From Rhizophagus irregularis (taxonomy: Eukaryota), in NCBI RefSeq assembly GCF_026210795.1, contig NC_089432.1:1426001-1490000 (forward strand): 64,000 bases of DNA. The letters are read 5' to 3'. Shown piece by piece: positions 15,001 to 27,771 of this stretch. Positions within the stretch are counted from its first letter, which is position 1. Each line of letters opens with the position of its first letter. The translations under genes were made by a program, and so were the position numbers. The notes under the pieces are model-generated. The model had not been told where the DNA came from, ran no database searches, and saw nothing but the letters and a program-made list of their open reading frames with translations.

Positions 15001-16781
15001 ATCAGCGATATCGAAGTGAAAATTTACCAAACTTGTGGAGAACGATTGGAATGATTGGTTTCGACAGTTTCCGCGCTTATTACATGAGCGATACGACAAG
15101 AAATAACGATTATCCATTCCTCTCAGTATTTTTGAAATATTCCCAAGAATTAGAATTACTCAAACATCTTTTACCTATAGTAAAGTTTGTTCAAATTTTG
15201 CATTCCAAACTTGGATATCAGTTAGCAAGACAAACTGCAAGAGAAATGACTTTCATGCAATTTATTTATAAAGAATCTAATGGTGGTGATAATGAAGAAA
15301 TTTTCAATAGCTTGAAAACAGCTTTTGACGACTTTAAACTTGGTTGGAATACAGTTATATCTCTCGTAGATCGGTATCAATGTCATGAACTTCCCGATGA
15401 TAAGCCAGCCATGAAAGATGACTCACCAGTTGTTCTTGGTTTAGTGGAACAAAAAGATTCAGGAATTTACTTATGCGCAATTTTATACCATTTAGTTAAT
15501 ATACAAAATAAATTCTTACAAGAAGTCATTGAAATTCCACCTGGAACTTGTAAATCTCTCAAATTTTTAGATGAACCGACATTTGATTTTGGATCGTCAA
15601 CATCAAAAACAAAACCAGAAACACCTAATGGATATTGCCTTCAATCGATGTATCTTGATCAAGTTCGTTCCGTCAATATCATAAATTTTGAGTGGGATGA
15701 TGAAATTCTTGCATATAGTCAAAGAAATTTAGCAATTGCTAGAGGAGAAGATATTGTTTATGATTTGACAAAAATTGAAGCGGAATTGGCAAGTATTTTA
15801 GTATTTGAAAAAGTTTATATAGAAACTCAACCAGATTCACAATTATATCTAGAAGTTTTCCCATATCATTTGGAGTTATTCCAAGGATATATGAGAATTT
15901 TAAGTGATATTAAGAATTTAATAACCCAGGAGCCAATTCCAATTGAAAAGGTGAATTTATTAGGATTTTCTAAAAATTCTGGTTTACAACATGCATTGGA
16001 ACCAGCTCTAGATAACGCGTCAGAAATTTTATCATCATTGGAGATTCTTTTATGTTTCGTCAAACGCACTGCAGTTGGAGATAGAGAAAAATCAATTAAA
16101 AATTATGTTTCACAGTGGATGAAATTATCATCATTAAATGAACATGAAAGATTCTCTAAAATGTTAGAAGTGGATTTACGACTTAAACATTTAGTGTCTT
16201 TATACGAACTCGTCGAAGAACAAGTTGCCGATGTTAAAATTAAATATATTCATGAAAAATATAAGGAAGAACTTTCAGCAGATATGAGGGCGGCAATAAT
16301 GAATTCTGTAGATTTTGAACAGCAAACTACAATGAAAAAAGCCATACCAGCAGAAGCGTTCGCTTTAGCTTTAAAACGATTCATGTTACGATTTTTAACT
16401 TTAGAAAATCAAAAAGAAAAGGAACCGTTATATCATTATTTACGAGATGATAATACATTAAATTTTTGGCCTTCTACAGTTCCAGAAGAACTTATTGACG
16501 AATTATTTCCGGAAAATTTATTAGTGGCTAATACATATGAAGCTTATACATTTACAATGAACATTATTGAGGTAAGAAAACTTAATAATTATATATCTTT
16601 TTTTAGTTTTAATTAATAAATATACTTCAAATTTTAGAAAACGAGGGAAAAACAGGCTAAACAGGCCAAGCAGGCAAGGCAGGCTAAACCGGCTAAACCG
16701 GCTAATACTAGCAATTCAAATATCGGATCTAAACCTGGCAGAAGAAAGCCTGAGCGACGTGATAAATTTGACCGCATGTAG
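3..16781 (+). CDS. RNF213/mysterin-like giant AAA+ ATPase / E3 ubiquitin ligase (5'-partial, >=14 exons, >=5246 aa)
   Basis: Frame is open back to the window start. Exons joined in frame by GT-AG introns: 3-3218, 3289-4109, 4198-6039, 6118-8065, 8147-9314, 9388-9544, 9653-10181, 10262-10316, 10388-10493, 10566-11205, 11276-11685, 11774-14663, 14757-16571, 16638-16781 (TAG). Motifs matching RNF213: SDLSGQGKT, GEAGCGK|TS with FFDEINT, GAPGSSKS with LLDE|VGLAETSPFNPLK, GSQFPDD, LYDLWNQNY, PPLLNRFEKQ, CBM20-like segment (about 2290-2575) and RZ finger (14256-14354). Confidence 0.92.
1200..1935 (+). repeat. In-frame internal duplications in the acidic, disordered N-terminus of the RNF213-like protein
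   Basis: About 1200-1325 repeats at about 1381-1510 (NKNNQNLPMHGGMQKKLDSESDSQDENDDYE twice). About 1675-1790 repeats at about 1807-1930 (EEPINETNRPKTNKNRSTQRKLENATDSQDEDE twice). Confidence 0.9.
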
Positions 16782-19502
16782 AAATTCTTATTTATTTATT
16801 TTTTTTTTTAAAAAAAAAAAATTTATATATAGTAGTAGCTATTATTATTTTTATTACCGAATTTTAGACCATACCACAAAAATTAGCTTTTTTACAATTA
16901 TATTTGTTAAGAAATAAATATTAAAATCTTGCCTTTTAAATATGTTATCAATTCGAGAAACCATGAATTCTTTGTTATAAATAGTCGAGTATACGAAAAA
17001 GACAATCTCTATATTTGTTTTCTTAATATTCTAGGTCGGATGGCTCGGATCATGTACCAAGAGAAGCTATTGCAAAAGTTGGTTAGATTTATCAGTACTG
17101 TACAACGTTTTTAACTTTATTAAGTTCCATAATTATGAAATCGAAAATAAAAATTTTAATATAAATATGAATCACACACATTCCTCAAAACTTGAAAATC
17201 TAGCAAATTCATGTAAGTGACATTATGGTTAGGAGTATTTAATAATCCCATATTCCCATTTATTAAGCTTAAGATATTTAAGATTTGGAATTTCACATTA
17301 TTTGTAGAATTCTAATATACTTATTTTCGGTACGCCGGTACGGCGGTACGGTAATACAAATTAGTAAAAAAAAAAAATTACAATTTTCCGTACTCAGCAG
17401 ACCTTAAAAATAAATTTTGATTTTCCGTACTAATAATTTTACATTGATCGAATTTGCGAGAATGAATAATATGCTATGAGTATTTTCTCTTTTCTTTCTT
17501 GGAGTTGCGCTAGATTGGGGGATAATATATTTTCTTCATTCTTCATTAATTTTGTTATCCCTTGCAAGTTATGATATTTTTAAAATTACTCTAGGAAGAA
17601 ATAACTTCTGCACAAATGAACAATTGATTACTTCTTTTCTAGCGCGTAGTATGATGGTTGTTGTGGTGGTAAGTTGAAATAAAGAACTAGTAACAGAGAA
17701 AATTAAGGGTTGATCTGGCTTTCCTAGAGGGTTAGCTTATGTGCATTGCTTCTATCATAGAATCAAATTAGCGTGTTTCTTAAACAATAATACCATTTAA
17801 TGTATCCCCATGTATAACTTCATATTTAATACGTTCAAAATACATATACTAAATAATTAATTATCATTTAAAACAATGCTTAAAAATATTTTTTGCATAA
17901 GATTATTCGTAAATTTGCATATTTCAGATGTAGTTATTTTTTTGAAAATAAGCAAATAATAAATAGTAATTTATGATAAAAATCCTATATAAATTTTTAC
18001 ATTTTTTTATTATATTTATGAAAGTGAACAGTAAATAAAAAAGAGCATTTTAAACTATGATCAAAAAACAACCATAACATTTCTATTTCTCAATCACAGT
18101 TTTAGTGATAAAACTATTATTATAAACTGATTCCCAAAAAATTATTATTATTATTGAATATAAATTTTTTTAAAAAAAATATGGAATGATATTTATTTAC
18201 AAGGATTAGTTTTACAATTTGATGAATTGAAATTAATACATCAAGATGAATCTAAATCGATTTACACATTGTATAAACAGTGTATAAACTAATTTTAATG
18301 TTTAAAATCGTTTAATTATTTAATTTACCAGAAGTGAAAATCTCCTTACATGTTATTAAAAACCTGGACATAAATAAACACTTAGTAAAGCTGACAATTA
18401 TAATATTGAATTAGGCATATTTTCACTATTAAATTTATTTATAATTTAATACGTTTCTTCTATATATTTGTGTCAAATCTCTTATGCAATCTTCTTTAAA
18501 AGTCAAATATTTAATCAATTTTCTTTTAATAACGATAATGTATATATTGATTTACTCGTGAATTTGATCGAGCCAATCATTGATCGGTTCGTGAATCGTG
18601 ATATACAGGTAAATAAATTTTGCGGTCGAAAAAAAAAAGAGTAAATGTGCTTTTTTTTGTTAAAAAATATTATCATAATTGTAATAAATATATTAAATGA
18701 AAATAGTATTTACAATAAATACTGTAAATATATGTTCATTTCTTTCATTTTGATTAATCACATGATCGATTACATGTGATCAATTAAACGTGATCGAGTT
18801 TTTGATTGTGATCGTTCGGAATTTTGATCGGGTTTTGAATTGATAATTATTGGCTGATGAAATTGTGTGACCTGATCAACTTTTCGAATTTTCCGAACTT
18901 TCCAACAGCTAATACGCGCCCTAAAAAAGTTTAATATACCTTGATGGTATTGCTTATTTGCCATTTTTAAAAAAGAAAAATATTTTATTACATGAAAATA
19001 AGGTGACCAAGGTTAACCTTTAAATACCTCAATTTTGATTTTCATCACATGATAGGATTGGCTAATGGATTTTCGATCAAAAAAACCCGAACGATCAGAA
19101 TTGAACAGGCCTAATATTATCTAAAAATGTTTAAATTAGTTTTTATAAATACTAGATAATTTCAAATATTCTAAAGAATTTGTAATTTTTGCGCAGGTAT
19201 AAAATTGAATTTAGTGGGGTCCAACGACTCAACGACTCCAATGTTTTAAATATAATCTGGTGTATAATTTTCACTTAATAAAACTTCACTAAATGAAAAT
19301 GTTAAGTTGAAATTAAATTACAATATGAATTTAATGATGAAAATAATTTAAATCTGCAATTTCTTGAAGTTTTAAATTTTATTTATTGCAAATAAAATTT
19401 GAATTTTGTAAGATTAATTCAAAAGTATCATTCAAATATTCATAAAATCAAAAGAAGGATATGTTAACCCAGCAAAACAATATATTATATATATATATAT
19501 AT

Positions 19503-22500
19503 GGGTTTAAAATTTGTGCGCACCCGCGCATGTGCGCACCCCCACGTGATTTATTAATTTTATAAAATTTAATTGGCTAGCTAAGCATACAATCAATAAT
19601 TTAATTTTATTTGTTGATTTTTTTACACACGATCATATTACATCTCTTTTTTTCGTATTATACCCTTCTTTTTTTAAAGCTTCGCTTAACAATTAACGTT
19701 AAAAATTTAACCCTTCCCCCTATCGTTTTTCGGTATTTTTCTAGCTTTAACTTTGAAAATGGTAAGTTTAAGTGTTAATATGTAGCTTTTTTGACGTATT
19801 TTATTTCTTTAATTAACTGATATTGTTCTTTTTTTTATAGGTGTTTTAAATCTCGGCTGGTTAGTAGTATTCTTTTACATTTACTTAAACCTGGTTGCTT
19901 TTTCTTTTTGGGCGCGACTTTCTACTCAAGAGTATTCAATATGAAAAGGGGAGATCGGTTCCTTTGTTGTAGGCTTAGGTACAGGTTTCTACACGTTACT
20001 TATAGGTATTATTATGTTCTTCTTTCTTGTTTTCGTTCGTTCTTTCATTCTTTATTGCTAATTTTGATTTCTTTTCGGGTATGATTTTCTACTTCTTCTG
20101 TAGGACTAGGTACGGCTTTGTTTTTATGCTTTTCTTTTTTATTTTCATTCTTTTATGTTCTTTCTTTTATTTTTTGCGCTAATTTCTGTTTTCTTTTAGG
20201 TGCAACCTTCCACTTCGCCTGTAGAACTAAGTGCAGCTTTCTACTTTATTTGATGTAAGTTTTTCTTCTTTATTTTTATTTTCTATTCGTTTTTTCATTC
20301 ATTCTTCGTTGCTGATTTTGAATTTCTCTCTCTTGTAACTTAGGTACAGCTTTCCACTCTCTTATAGGTACAGTATTTTATACTTTTCTTTTTTTGTTTT
20401 AGTTCTTTTATTCATTTTTTGTTACTAACTTCGGTTTTCTTTTTTAGATATAGTTTCTAAACTACTGAACACTTACTTCGCGGGTAAAGATATAGGGGAA
20501 AATGGACGTGAATTTGTATTTAGGCATATTTATTTATTGAATACTTCTTTCTCCAGAAAGGGATATATTTGAAGAATGTTTTTATTTAGAACAATAAAAT
20601 GAGATCCATAATAAAAGCGCCAGAAAATGTTATTAAACTCGTCACCATTTTCTTTTTTCTTTTAATCTATTAGCAACTTTTATTTTTCTGTTGATAGGTC
20701 AAGGTTTTAAATTAGTTTCGTAAATGTAGAAAATAATTACTGTAATTTTTTACATTGTAAAGAATGAGTTTTTCTTTAATAAATTCAATAAAAAATGATA
20801 AAGTAGATGATTAATCAGTTTTGTAAATCGTGTTATGTCATTATGTGTGTTGTTGATCATTGATTTTTTAAGGAAAAAAAAATTTTACATCGAACCAACA
20901 ATTTTGTTTTATTTGTTTTTACATCGTGCGCGTTATCCATACTTTAATTTGTATACGGAAATGGCAAGTTCTACAAGTTCTAATGAACAACAACAACTTT
21001 ATATTGGCCAATATTTTGTTACATGGGATACTGCTATTGAATATGTTCAAAAATGGTGTAATATTCAAGGCTTCCAAACACGTTTCAACCGTTCTGAACG
21101 TAATGCAGAAGGTGAATATCGAAAATTGACAATTATTTGTCAACATGCTGGCAAATCTAGGAAACCATTAACTGAGCTGCAAACAAATAAAGAAAAATCC
21201 AAAAAAAAATCAATAAATCAATTCAGATGGGTTGTAAAGCACATATTAATTTATCAAGACCGGAGAGGGACAATATCAATCAATATGTATATGTTACTAC
21301 TATTTCCAATGATCATTGTCATGAACTTAACTGTCAGCTTGTAAATTATGAGAATGAAGTAATGATGTCAGAAGAAATGCTAAAGGATATTGAATTTTTA
21401 ACAAAACATGTTCATCTTTCCACAACACAACAAAGAATTTATCTTGAAGAAAAATATCCTGAACAAAAAATTCGATCTGATATTCTTCGCAGTGAGATAC
21501 AAAAATATCGACCATCAGCTAAAGATTTAAGTAATGATGCATCAAAACTTTATGAATATCTTATTAAATTAAAGGATAATGATACTAGATGGCAAATTTT
21601 TGTTGATTTTGATGAAACAAAAGTGTTGAGAAGATTATTTTGGATGAGTCCTAATCAAATAGAGCTTTGGATACAATATCATGATGTTATAATTAATGAT
21701 ATAACTTACAGAACAAATAGATACAATATGGCATTATCACTATTTGTTGCTATTGATAATTGTAATTGTTCACGATTAGTATGTCAGGCACTTGTTGATG
21801 ACGAAACGGCTGATGCACATATATGGATTCTTGAATGTACTTTACTTGCCACAGGTGGTAAAAGACAAAATGAAAATATAAATGGAGGATTAATTCCATT
21901 GGTTTTTATGACTGATTCAGATCCTGCTGTGGACGCTGCATGTATTAGAGTTTATAAAGGCTGTTATGCAATGCACTGCATATACCATATTAATCAAAAT
22001 CTGCATAAAAATCTTTTTGGACCTTTGGGCGAAAATTATTCCCAATTTTTAAATGAATTTTATAATGCTAGAAATAGTTTAAGTCAAGAAAGATTTGAGC
22101 GCTTATTTCATGAATTAGTTGAGAAATATAAGCAGATTTCTAATTATTTGAATAATTTGTATAAATCCAAAACATATTGGGCTTTTTGTTATACCTCAAC
22201 AATTTTTACTGCAGCAACACAAACAACTTCACGAGTAGAAGGTTTAAATGCAGTTCTGAAAAAAGAACTCATTAATTCTAATACTTCGTTAGTTCAACTT
22301 AATAAGACAATAACTCGCCGTCATCAAGAAGAAGAACGTCAAAAAGAATATGCATTTTGGAAATCAGTTATTCCTTGTGTAATTGTTTCACAAACTGCAA
22401 ATTTTCTTTTTCCTGCAGTTGAAACAATTATCAAAAATTATCTAACAGACCCATTATATAACCTTCAAGTTCAAGAAATAAATCAAAGTGTGTATTATAG

Positions 22501-24934
22501 ATGTGAACAATTTGACTTAAACCAGTTTAATATATTTGAACAGGTATGAAAAAATTCTTAGCTTCTTTATTTCATTATATATTAAAAGTATAGCTAAGAT
22601 TTTTATATCTTAAAAATAATTAAATTTAAGGAAATGAATACTACAGGATTTTTAGAAGATTTACCTGATGAACGTAAAGCATGTATTAAGTCAATTTTTA
22701 ATCATGTTAACCAAGAAGAAATTAAAGAAGTTTGGGGAGTCTCAGTCCAAAATACTCAAAAATTCAAGCATTTTATCCTTTTAATGAACAATTCGGCACA
22801 TTTGTGTTCATGTTTAGCAACAATTACAAGAGGCATTGTTTGCCGTCATTATTTTAGTCTTATGATGCATACACATGCAGCAACATTTCATATTCGACTT
22901 ATTAGGAAACGGTGGTATAAGAATCCTGAATTAAATGGAAAAAATGAACCTTTTGTGTATGCTGCTAAATTTCAGAATACAGAATTACCAAAACAGTCTA
23001 AAAATCAAGAAGTTCCATATTTAACAGCTATGATTCAAAATAATGTTGATAAATGGGATCAAAAAAGCAAAACAAATTTAGATGAAAGAATTTTTTATGG
23101 AAAAGTAATGGGAATGGCAAAAAAAGTTACTCTTAAAGCGGTTGAAAACCATGATACACGAATTTTTGAGATTTTTAAAGAATATCTTGATGAAAACGGA
23201 AATTTGGAGAATAATGATAGTAGAAATAATGAACCAGATCTTAATTTGGATGTTGAGTCTAGTGAAAATGACGAAGAAAATGACGAAGAAAATGATGAAG
23301 AAAATGATTGCAGTTTTTTACATCTTCAAAATCCCATGAAAAGACCTAAAAAAGGAAGACCAAAAGGAACGAAAAGGATTAAAAGTGTTACTGAAATTTC
23401 TAGCAAAAATAAACGCCACTGCAAAATTTGTGGCGAAGTTGGGCATTACTCAAATACATGCATACGCAATCCAAATCGTAAAGGCAAATAATTTAAACGT
23501 ATTATTTTTTATAGATAACAGTTAGCGCAACGTATGCATTAACCTAATATTGTATTTTTTAATCATATAATAAAGATATTTTGGCTCAACTTTATTTAAG
23601 TGATACCTTTTCTTTGTATTTTATTTTATTAAATCATTTAAAGTGAATTTATTAAGACAAATTCGTTCTTTACAATATAGAATATTACAGTAATTGATAT
23701 TTCTACATTACGGAACTAATTTAAAAACCATCTAAAAATTTAGACCTAACAACCAAAAATAAAAGTTGCTAAAAAGATTAAAGATTAAAAGAAAAAAGAA
23801 AATGGCGACGAGTTTAATATTTTCTGGCGCTTTTATTATGGATCTCCTAAATAAAAACATTCTTCAAATATATCCCTTTCTGGAGAAAGAAGTATTCAAT
23901 AAATAAATATGCCTAAATACAAATTCACGTCCATTTTCCCCTATATCTTTACCCGCGAAGTAAGTGTTCAGTAGTTTAGAAACTATATCTAAAAAAGAAA
24001 ACCGAAGTTAGTAACAAAAAATGAATAAAAGAACTAAAACAAAAAAAGAAAAGTATAAAATACTGTACCTATAAGAGAGTGGAAAGCTGTACCTAAGTTA
24101 CAAGAGAGAGAAATTCAAAATCAGCAACGAAGAATGAATGAAAAAACGAATAGAAAATAAAAATAAAGAAGAAAAACTTACATCAAATAAAGTAGAAAGC
24201 TGCACTTAGTTCTACAGGCGAAGTGGAAGGTTGCACCTAAAAGAAAACAGAAATTAGCGCAAAAAATAAAAGAAAGAACATAAAAGAATGAAAATAAAAA
24301 AGAAAAGCATAAAAACAAAGCCGTACCTAGTCCTACAGAAGAAGTAGAAAATCATACCCGAAAAGAAATCAAAATTAGCAATAAAGAATGAAAGAACGAA
24401 CGAAAACAAGAAAGAAGAACATAATAATACCTATAAGTAACGTGTAGAAACCTGTACCTAAGCCTACAACAAAGGAACCGATCTCCCCTTTTCATATTGA
24501 ATACTCTTGAGTAGAAAGTCGCGCCCAAAAAGAAAAAGCAACCAGGTTTAAGTAAATGTAAAAGAATACTACTAACCAGCCGAGATTTAAAACACCTATA
24601 AAAAAAAGAACAATATCAGTTAATTAAAGAAATAAAATACGTCAAAAAAGCTACATATTAACACTTAAACTTACCATTTTCAAAGTTAAAGCTAGAAAAA
24701 TACCGAAAAACGATAGGGGGAAGGGTTAAATTTTTAACGTTAATTGTTAAGCGAAGCTTTAAAAAAAGAAGGGTATAATACGAAAAAAAAGAGATGTAAT
24801 ATGATCGTGTGTAAAAAAATCAACAAATAAAATTAAATTATTGATTGTATGCTTAGCTAGCCAATTAAATTTTATAAAATTAATAAATCACGTGGGGGTG
24901 CGCACATGCGCGGGTGCGCACAAATTTTAAACCC
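19503..24934 (+). mobile_element. Mutator-like (MULE/FAR1-type) DNA transposon with very long terminal inverted repeats
   Basis: Ends GGGTTTAAAATTTGTGCGCACCC...GGGTGCGCACAAATTTTAAACCC. TIRs near-identical over 19503-20589 / 23847-24934 and degenerate to about 20790 / 23645. 9-bp TSD TATATATAT at 19494-19502 and 24935-24943. Internal MULE transposase. Confidence 0.95.
20961..23491 (+). CDS. MULE (FAR1-related) DDE transposase with a -1 frameshift at the A9 run 21201-21209; intron 22544-22630
   Basis: FAR1-type N-terminus (ICQHAG...MGCKAHIN...SNDHCH). DDE motifs DVIINDITYRTNRY, FMTDSD, HCIYH, TTSRVEGLN. SWIM finger CSCLATITRGIVCRH, AT-hook-like KKGRPKG, C-terminal CCHC knuckle CKICGEVGHYSNTC. 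One extra A in the homopolymer would restore a single ORF. Confidence 0.88.
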
Positions 24935-25161
24935 TATATATATATATGTAATATATATTTTTTAAAAATTTTGACCAAGAAAAATAAAAGTGATAGGTTA
25001 AAATGGTGTAATAAAAAAAAAACTAGGAAGAGAAATGGAAACGAGTGGTAGTCAGATGAGTCAAGTTTGCTCTTTCGAGTCAGATGGTAGTGTAAGAGTG
25101 TGAAGAAAGTAAAGTTTGGTGGTTGATCAGTGATGTTTTAGGTTCTTTTGATCGGTATGAC

Positions 25162-25504
25162 GATAATGAGTATGATATGACCCTCATTGTATGTATGATA
25201 TAGATTTAATTTATCTATACTGTATAGTTATTGATTCTAATATACGGTATAGTTTTAAGGTTAGGGTTAGGCAAAAATTAGGATTAGGGCTAGATTAGAA
25301 TTAGTGTTAGGATTAGTGTTGGGATTAAGTGTTATATAGGAGTTAGATTAGGGTTAGGATTAGGGTAAGGATTAGGGCTAGGAATCAGAGTTAGACTTTA
25401 AATATTAAGATTTAAAGTAACTATACAGTATAGATAAAAATTATACTGTATAAAATAAAAAACTATACCATACATGCAATGAGGGTCATATCATACTCAT
25501 TATC
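25162..25504. mobile_element. Foldback/MITE-like element with nested inverted repeats around degenerate TTAGGG repeats
   Basis: 42-bp outer IR (GATAATGAGTATGATATGACCCTCATTG..., 2 mismatches) at 25162-25203 / 25463-25504. 20-bp inner IR TTATCTATACTGTATAGTTA at 25211-25230 / 25418-25437. TTAGGG/TTAGGA-like tract at about 25258-25395. No clear TSD. Confidence 0.7.
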
Positions 25505-26780
25505 TATATACTCTGTTTTGATTGGCATGGAATTGAGCCTTTAGCTGTGGTTGTTCTAATTATCCCAATTCTATTTTCAGCGTTTCAAATATAGCAGTGA
25601 CAAAAAACGAACGAACTTATTTTTTCAGGATGTTTGACGAAAACGATCAAGGAAAGATATAATTGGCAAGCATATAGAAAATTAGATGAGAAGAAACAAG
25701 ACTTGTCAGATTTCAAATTAGTCAAAGATTATATAATAAAAATATGGCGGAAATTTTGCCAAGATTATCAAAATTAACAAAATAAAATTTATTTTGATAT
25801 ATTTTAATAATGAGAAAGATTTATGAATTTATCACGGGCCATATATAGTCGACGATGGATGAAGATATGGGAAAGGTTTACAAATGAAAGGACAAGAGGA
25901 GCTTATTGGAATGAATGGTGTTTTCAAAAAGCGGCGGATTGGGAATGCAAATAAAAATAACATAACTTCTTCATCGGAAGATGAACAATTCGAAGATGCT
26001 CTATCAAGTCCCCAAAGCCTTTGTCAACGATACCTAGGAGTAAAGAAGAACACGAAGATTTTACCAATTTGAATAACGAATTTAGAGAACATTTTGACAA
26101 AATAAGTAAAGAGAATGAGGTAGTAACAGAAACAAAAAAAATTAAAGAAATCAGAAATGCGGATAAAGACAATATAAATGAAAACAAGAAACGCGTAGTG
26201 GCAACGCAAGGTGACAGAGTAGACTCTGACAACGAATAAACAAAATTATTTCTTTTATAATAAGATCGAGGTCTTCTGATGTGTGCTTGGAATTGGTTGA
26301 AAATTAAGTGGACGATTGGATACTTTCCTGAATTTCGCGCGACTATTGGATACATTTCTAACAAGAGCGTAGATTGATGGACTTTATTTCTTACTGTTTT
26401 AATTTTTCTTTTTTTGTTTTTATTTTGTCTTTTAGTTTAACAAATTTATACAAGTTTATTTTTTTTAGGTAATTTTTTAGGAATTTAATAGTTAATATTC
26501 TTGTAGTATTTAGTTTTTAGTGAAATTTTTAGAAAAAATAGAAAAAAATAGGAAAATATCAAAAAATCAAAAAAAATCTTACTGATAAAATTTTTTTGTT
26601 TAGTAGTTTAGTAACACAAATAGATCATAAACTTAGCAATCAGAGTTTAGATTTATTAGTTATTTAGAAATTAGAATATATCGGTTAGTTATAGAGTCAT
26701 TAACGATCTTTTGTTATTGGTTCTAGGTAAAAATGTGCTACTAAAAAAAAAAAGATTGAGATCTTGTAGAACTATTAAAG

Positions 26781-26995
26781 GGTAAATCTTACCACATCAC
26801 CTCGCGTAGTACAGGTGATGATTTTGTCACATGGTCACGTGATGGCGGCGGCCTCGTTGTTTATATTTATCTCAGCGACTTAGAAATTTTTTTGCGGTCT
26901 GATCTCTATTTGTCACTTGCATAAAATGTCACGCCCTTTATGCAGTGTAACCAACACTATTAATACGTAACACGCGAGGTGTGGTAAGATTATCC
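26781..26995. mobile_element. 215-bp MULE-type MITE
   Basis: Imperfect TIR GGTAAATCTTACCACATCACCTCGCGT / ACGCGAGGTGTGGTAAGATTATCC. Perfect 9-bp TSD CTATTAAAG at 26772-26780 and 26996-27004. Confidence 0.85.
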
Positions 26996-27516
26996 CTATT
27001 AAAGTAAAAGGAAGCCTTTACCTAAATCTAAATAGGACTTGAAACGGTACATCAAGGTTACCGACAAAGTGAAAAATTTTTTTGCCAATTAATAAGTACG
27101 AAAAAATTTTTCTTACATGTATAAATTTAAATTTTTATACAAAAAAAAAAATCCGGGAATTATGCAAATTTCTCCATGCAGATCATCTGTTAAAATTTTT
27201 TTTTTATTCTTTTGCATTTTTTTTTTACAACACAATACAATTTGATAATAACTAGCCGATAATGCCCGGGAGGTTTAGCGGGTATAATATTTTTATAAAT
27301 ATGTAGTAGTAGTGTTACACAATTGAAAATAGTGCTTTAATTGATTTATATTTATTTCTCTATCAACCGCAGTATAAAAAGGTCACATGTTCCATCTGTA
27401 ACTCGTTTATTAAGATCATCATTCTGCGTTATGTAATCCACATTCGGAAACAATCAAATTTATTTTTTTTTTAAAAAAAAAAACCTTAAAATGTTTCTTT
27501 CTACGATTTGCAATCA

Positions 27517-27771
27517 TCATACAAAAATAACAAAATATTTACCTGCTTAAGATATTTTGAATGGTTGATCTACTTATCGTTCTTTCCGGAGTTTTCATAC
27601 AAAATATTTACCAGCTTAAGATATTTTGAAAGGTTGATCTACAAAAAAAGATTCATCTTATCGTCATCTTCCGGAGTTTTCATACAAAATGTTTTACCTG
27701 CTTAATTTTGAATGGTTGATCTACAAAAAAAACACCATCTTATCGTTTTATCGTTCTTTTCCGGAGTTCAT
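27517..27771 (+). repeat. About three imperfect tandem copies of a 75-90 bp unit upstream of the GBP-like gene
   Basis: Recurring TCATACAAAA...TTTACCTGCTTAA...TTTTGAATGGTTGATCTAC...TTATCGT...TTCCGGAGTT starting near 27517, 27595 and 27680. Confidence 0.8.

Noticed and set aside
3313..16616. Treating the many plus-strand ORFs as separate genes or an operon
   Set aside because: All join in frame through canonical introns, two of which split Walker motifs, so they form one gene.
18540..19113. GATC-rich region ending in ...GAACAGGCCTA (hAT-like end)
   Set aside because: Only one plausible terminus; no matching TIR, TSD or coding remnant found.
25560..26752. Possible 3' remnant of a non-LTR retroelement ending in an A-tract
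   Set aside because: Only broken Lys/Glu-rich frames and a short A run; no RT or endonuclease motif and no TSD identifiable.
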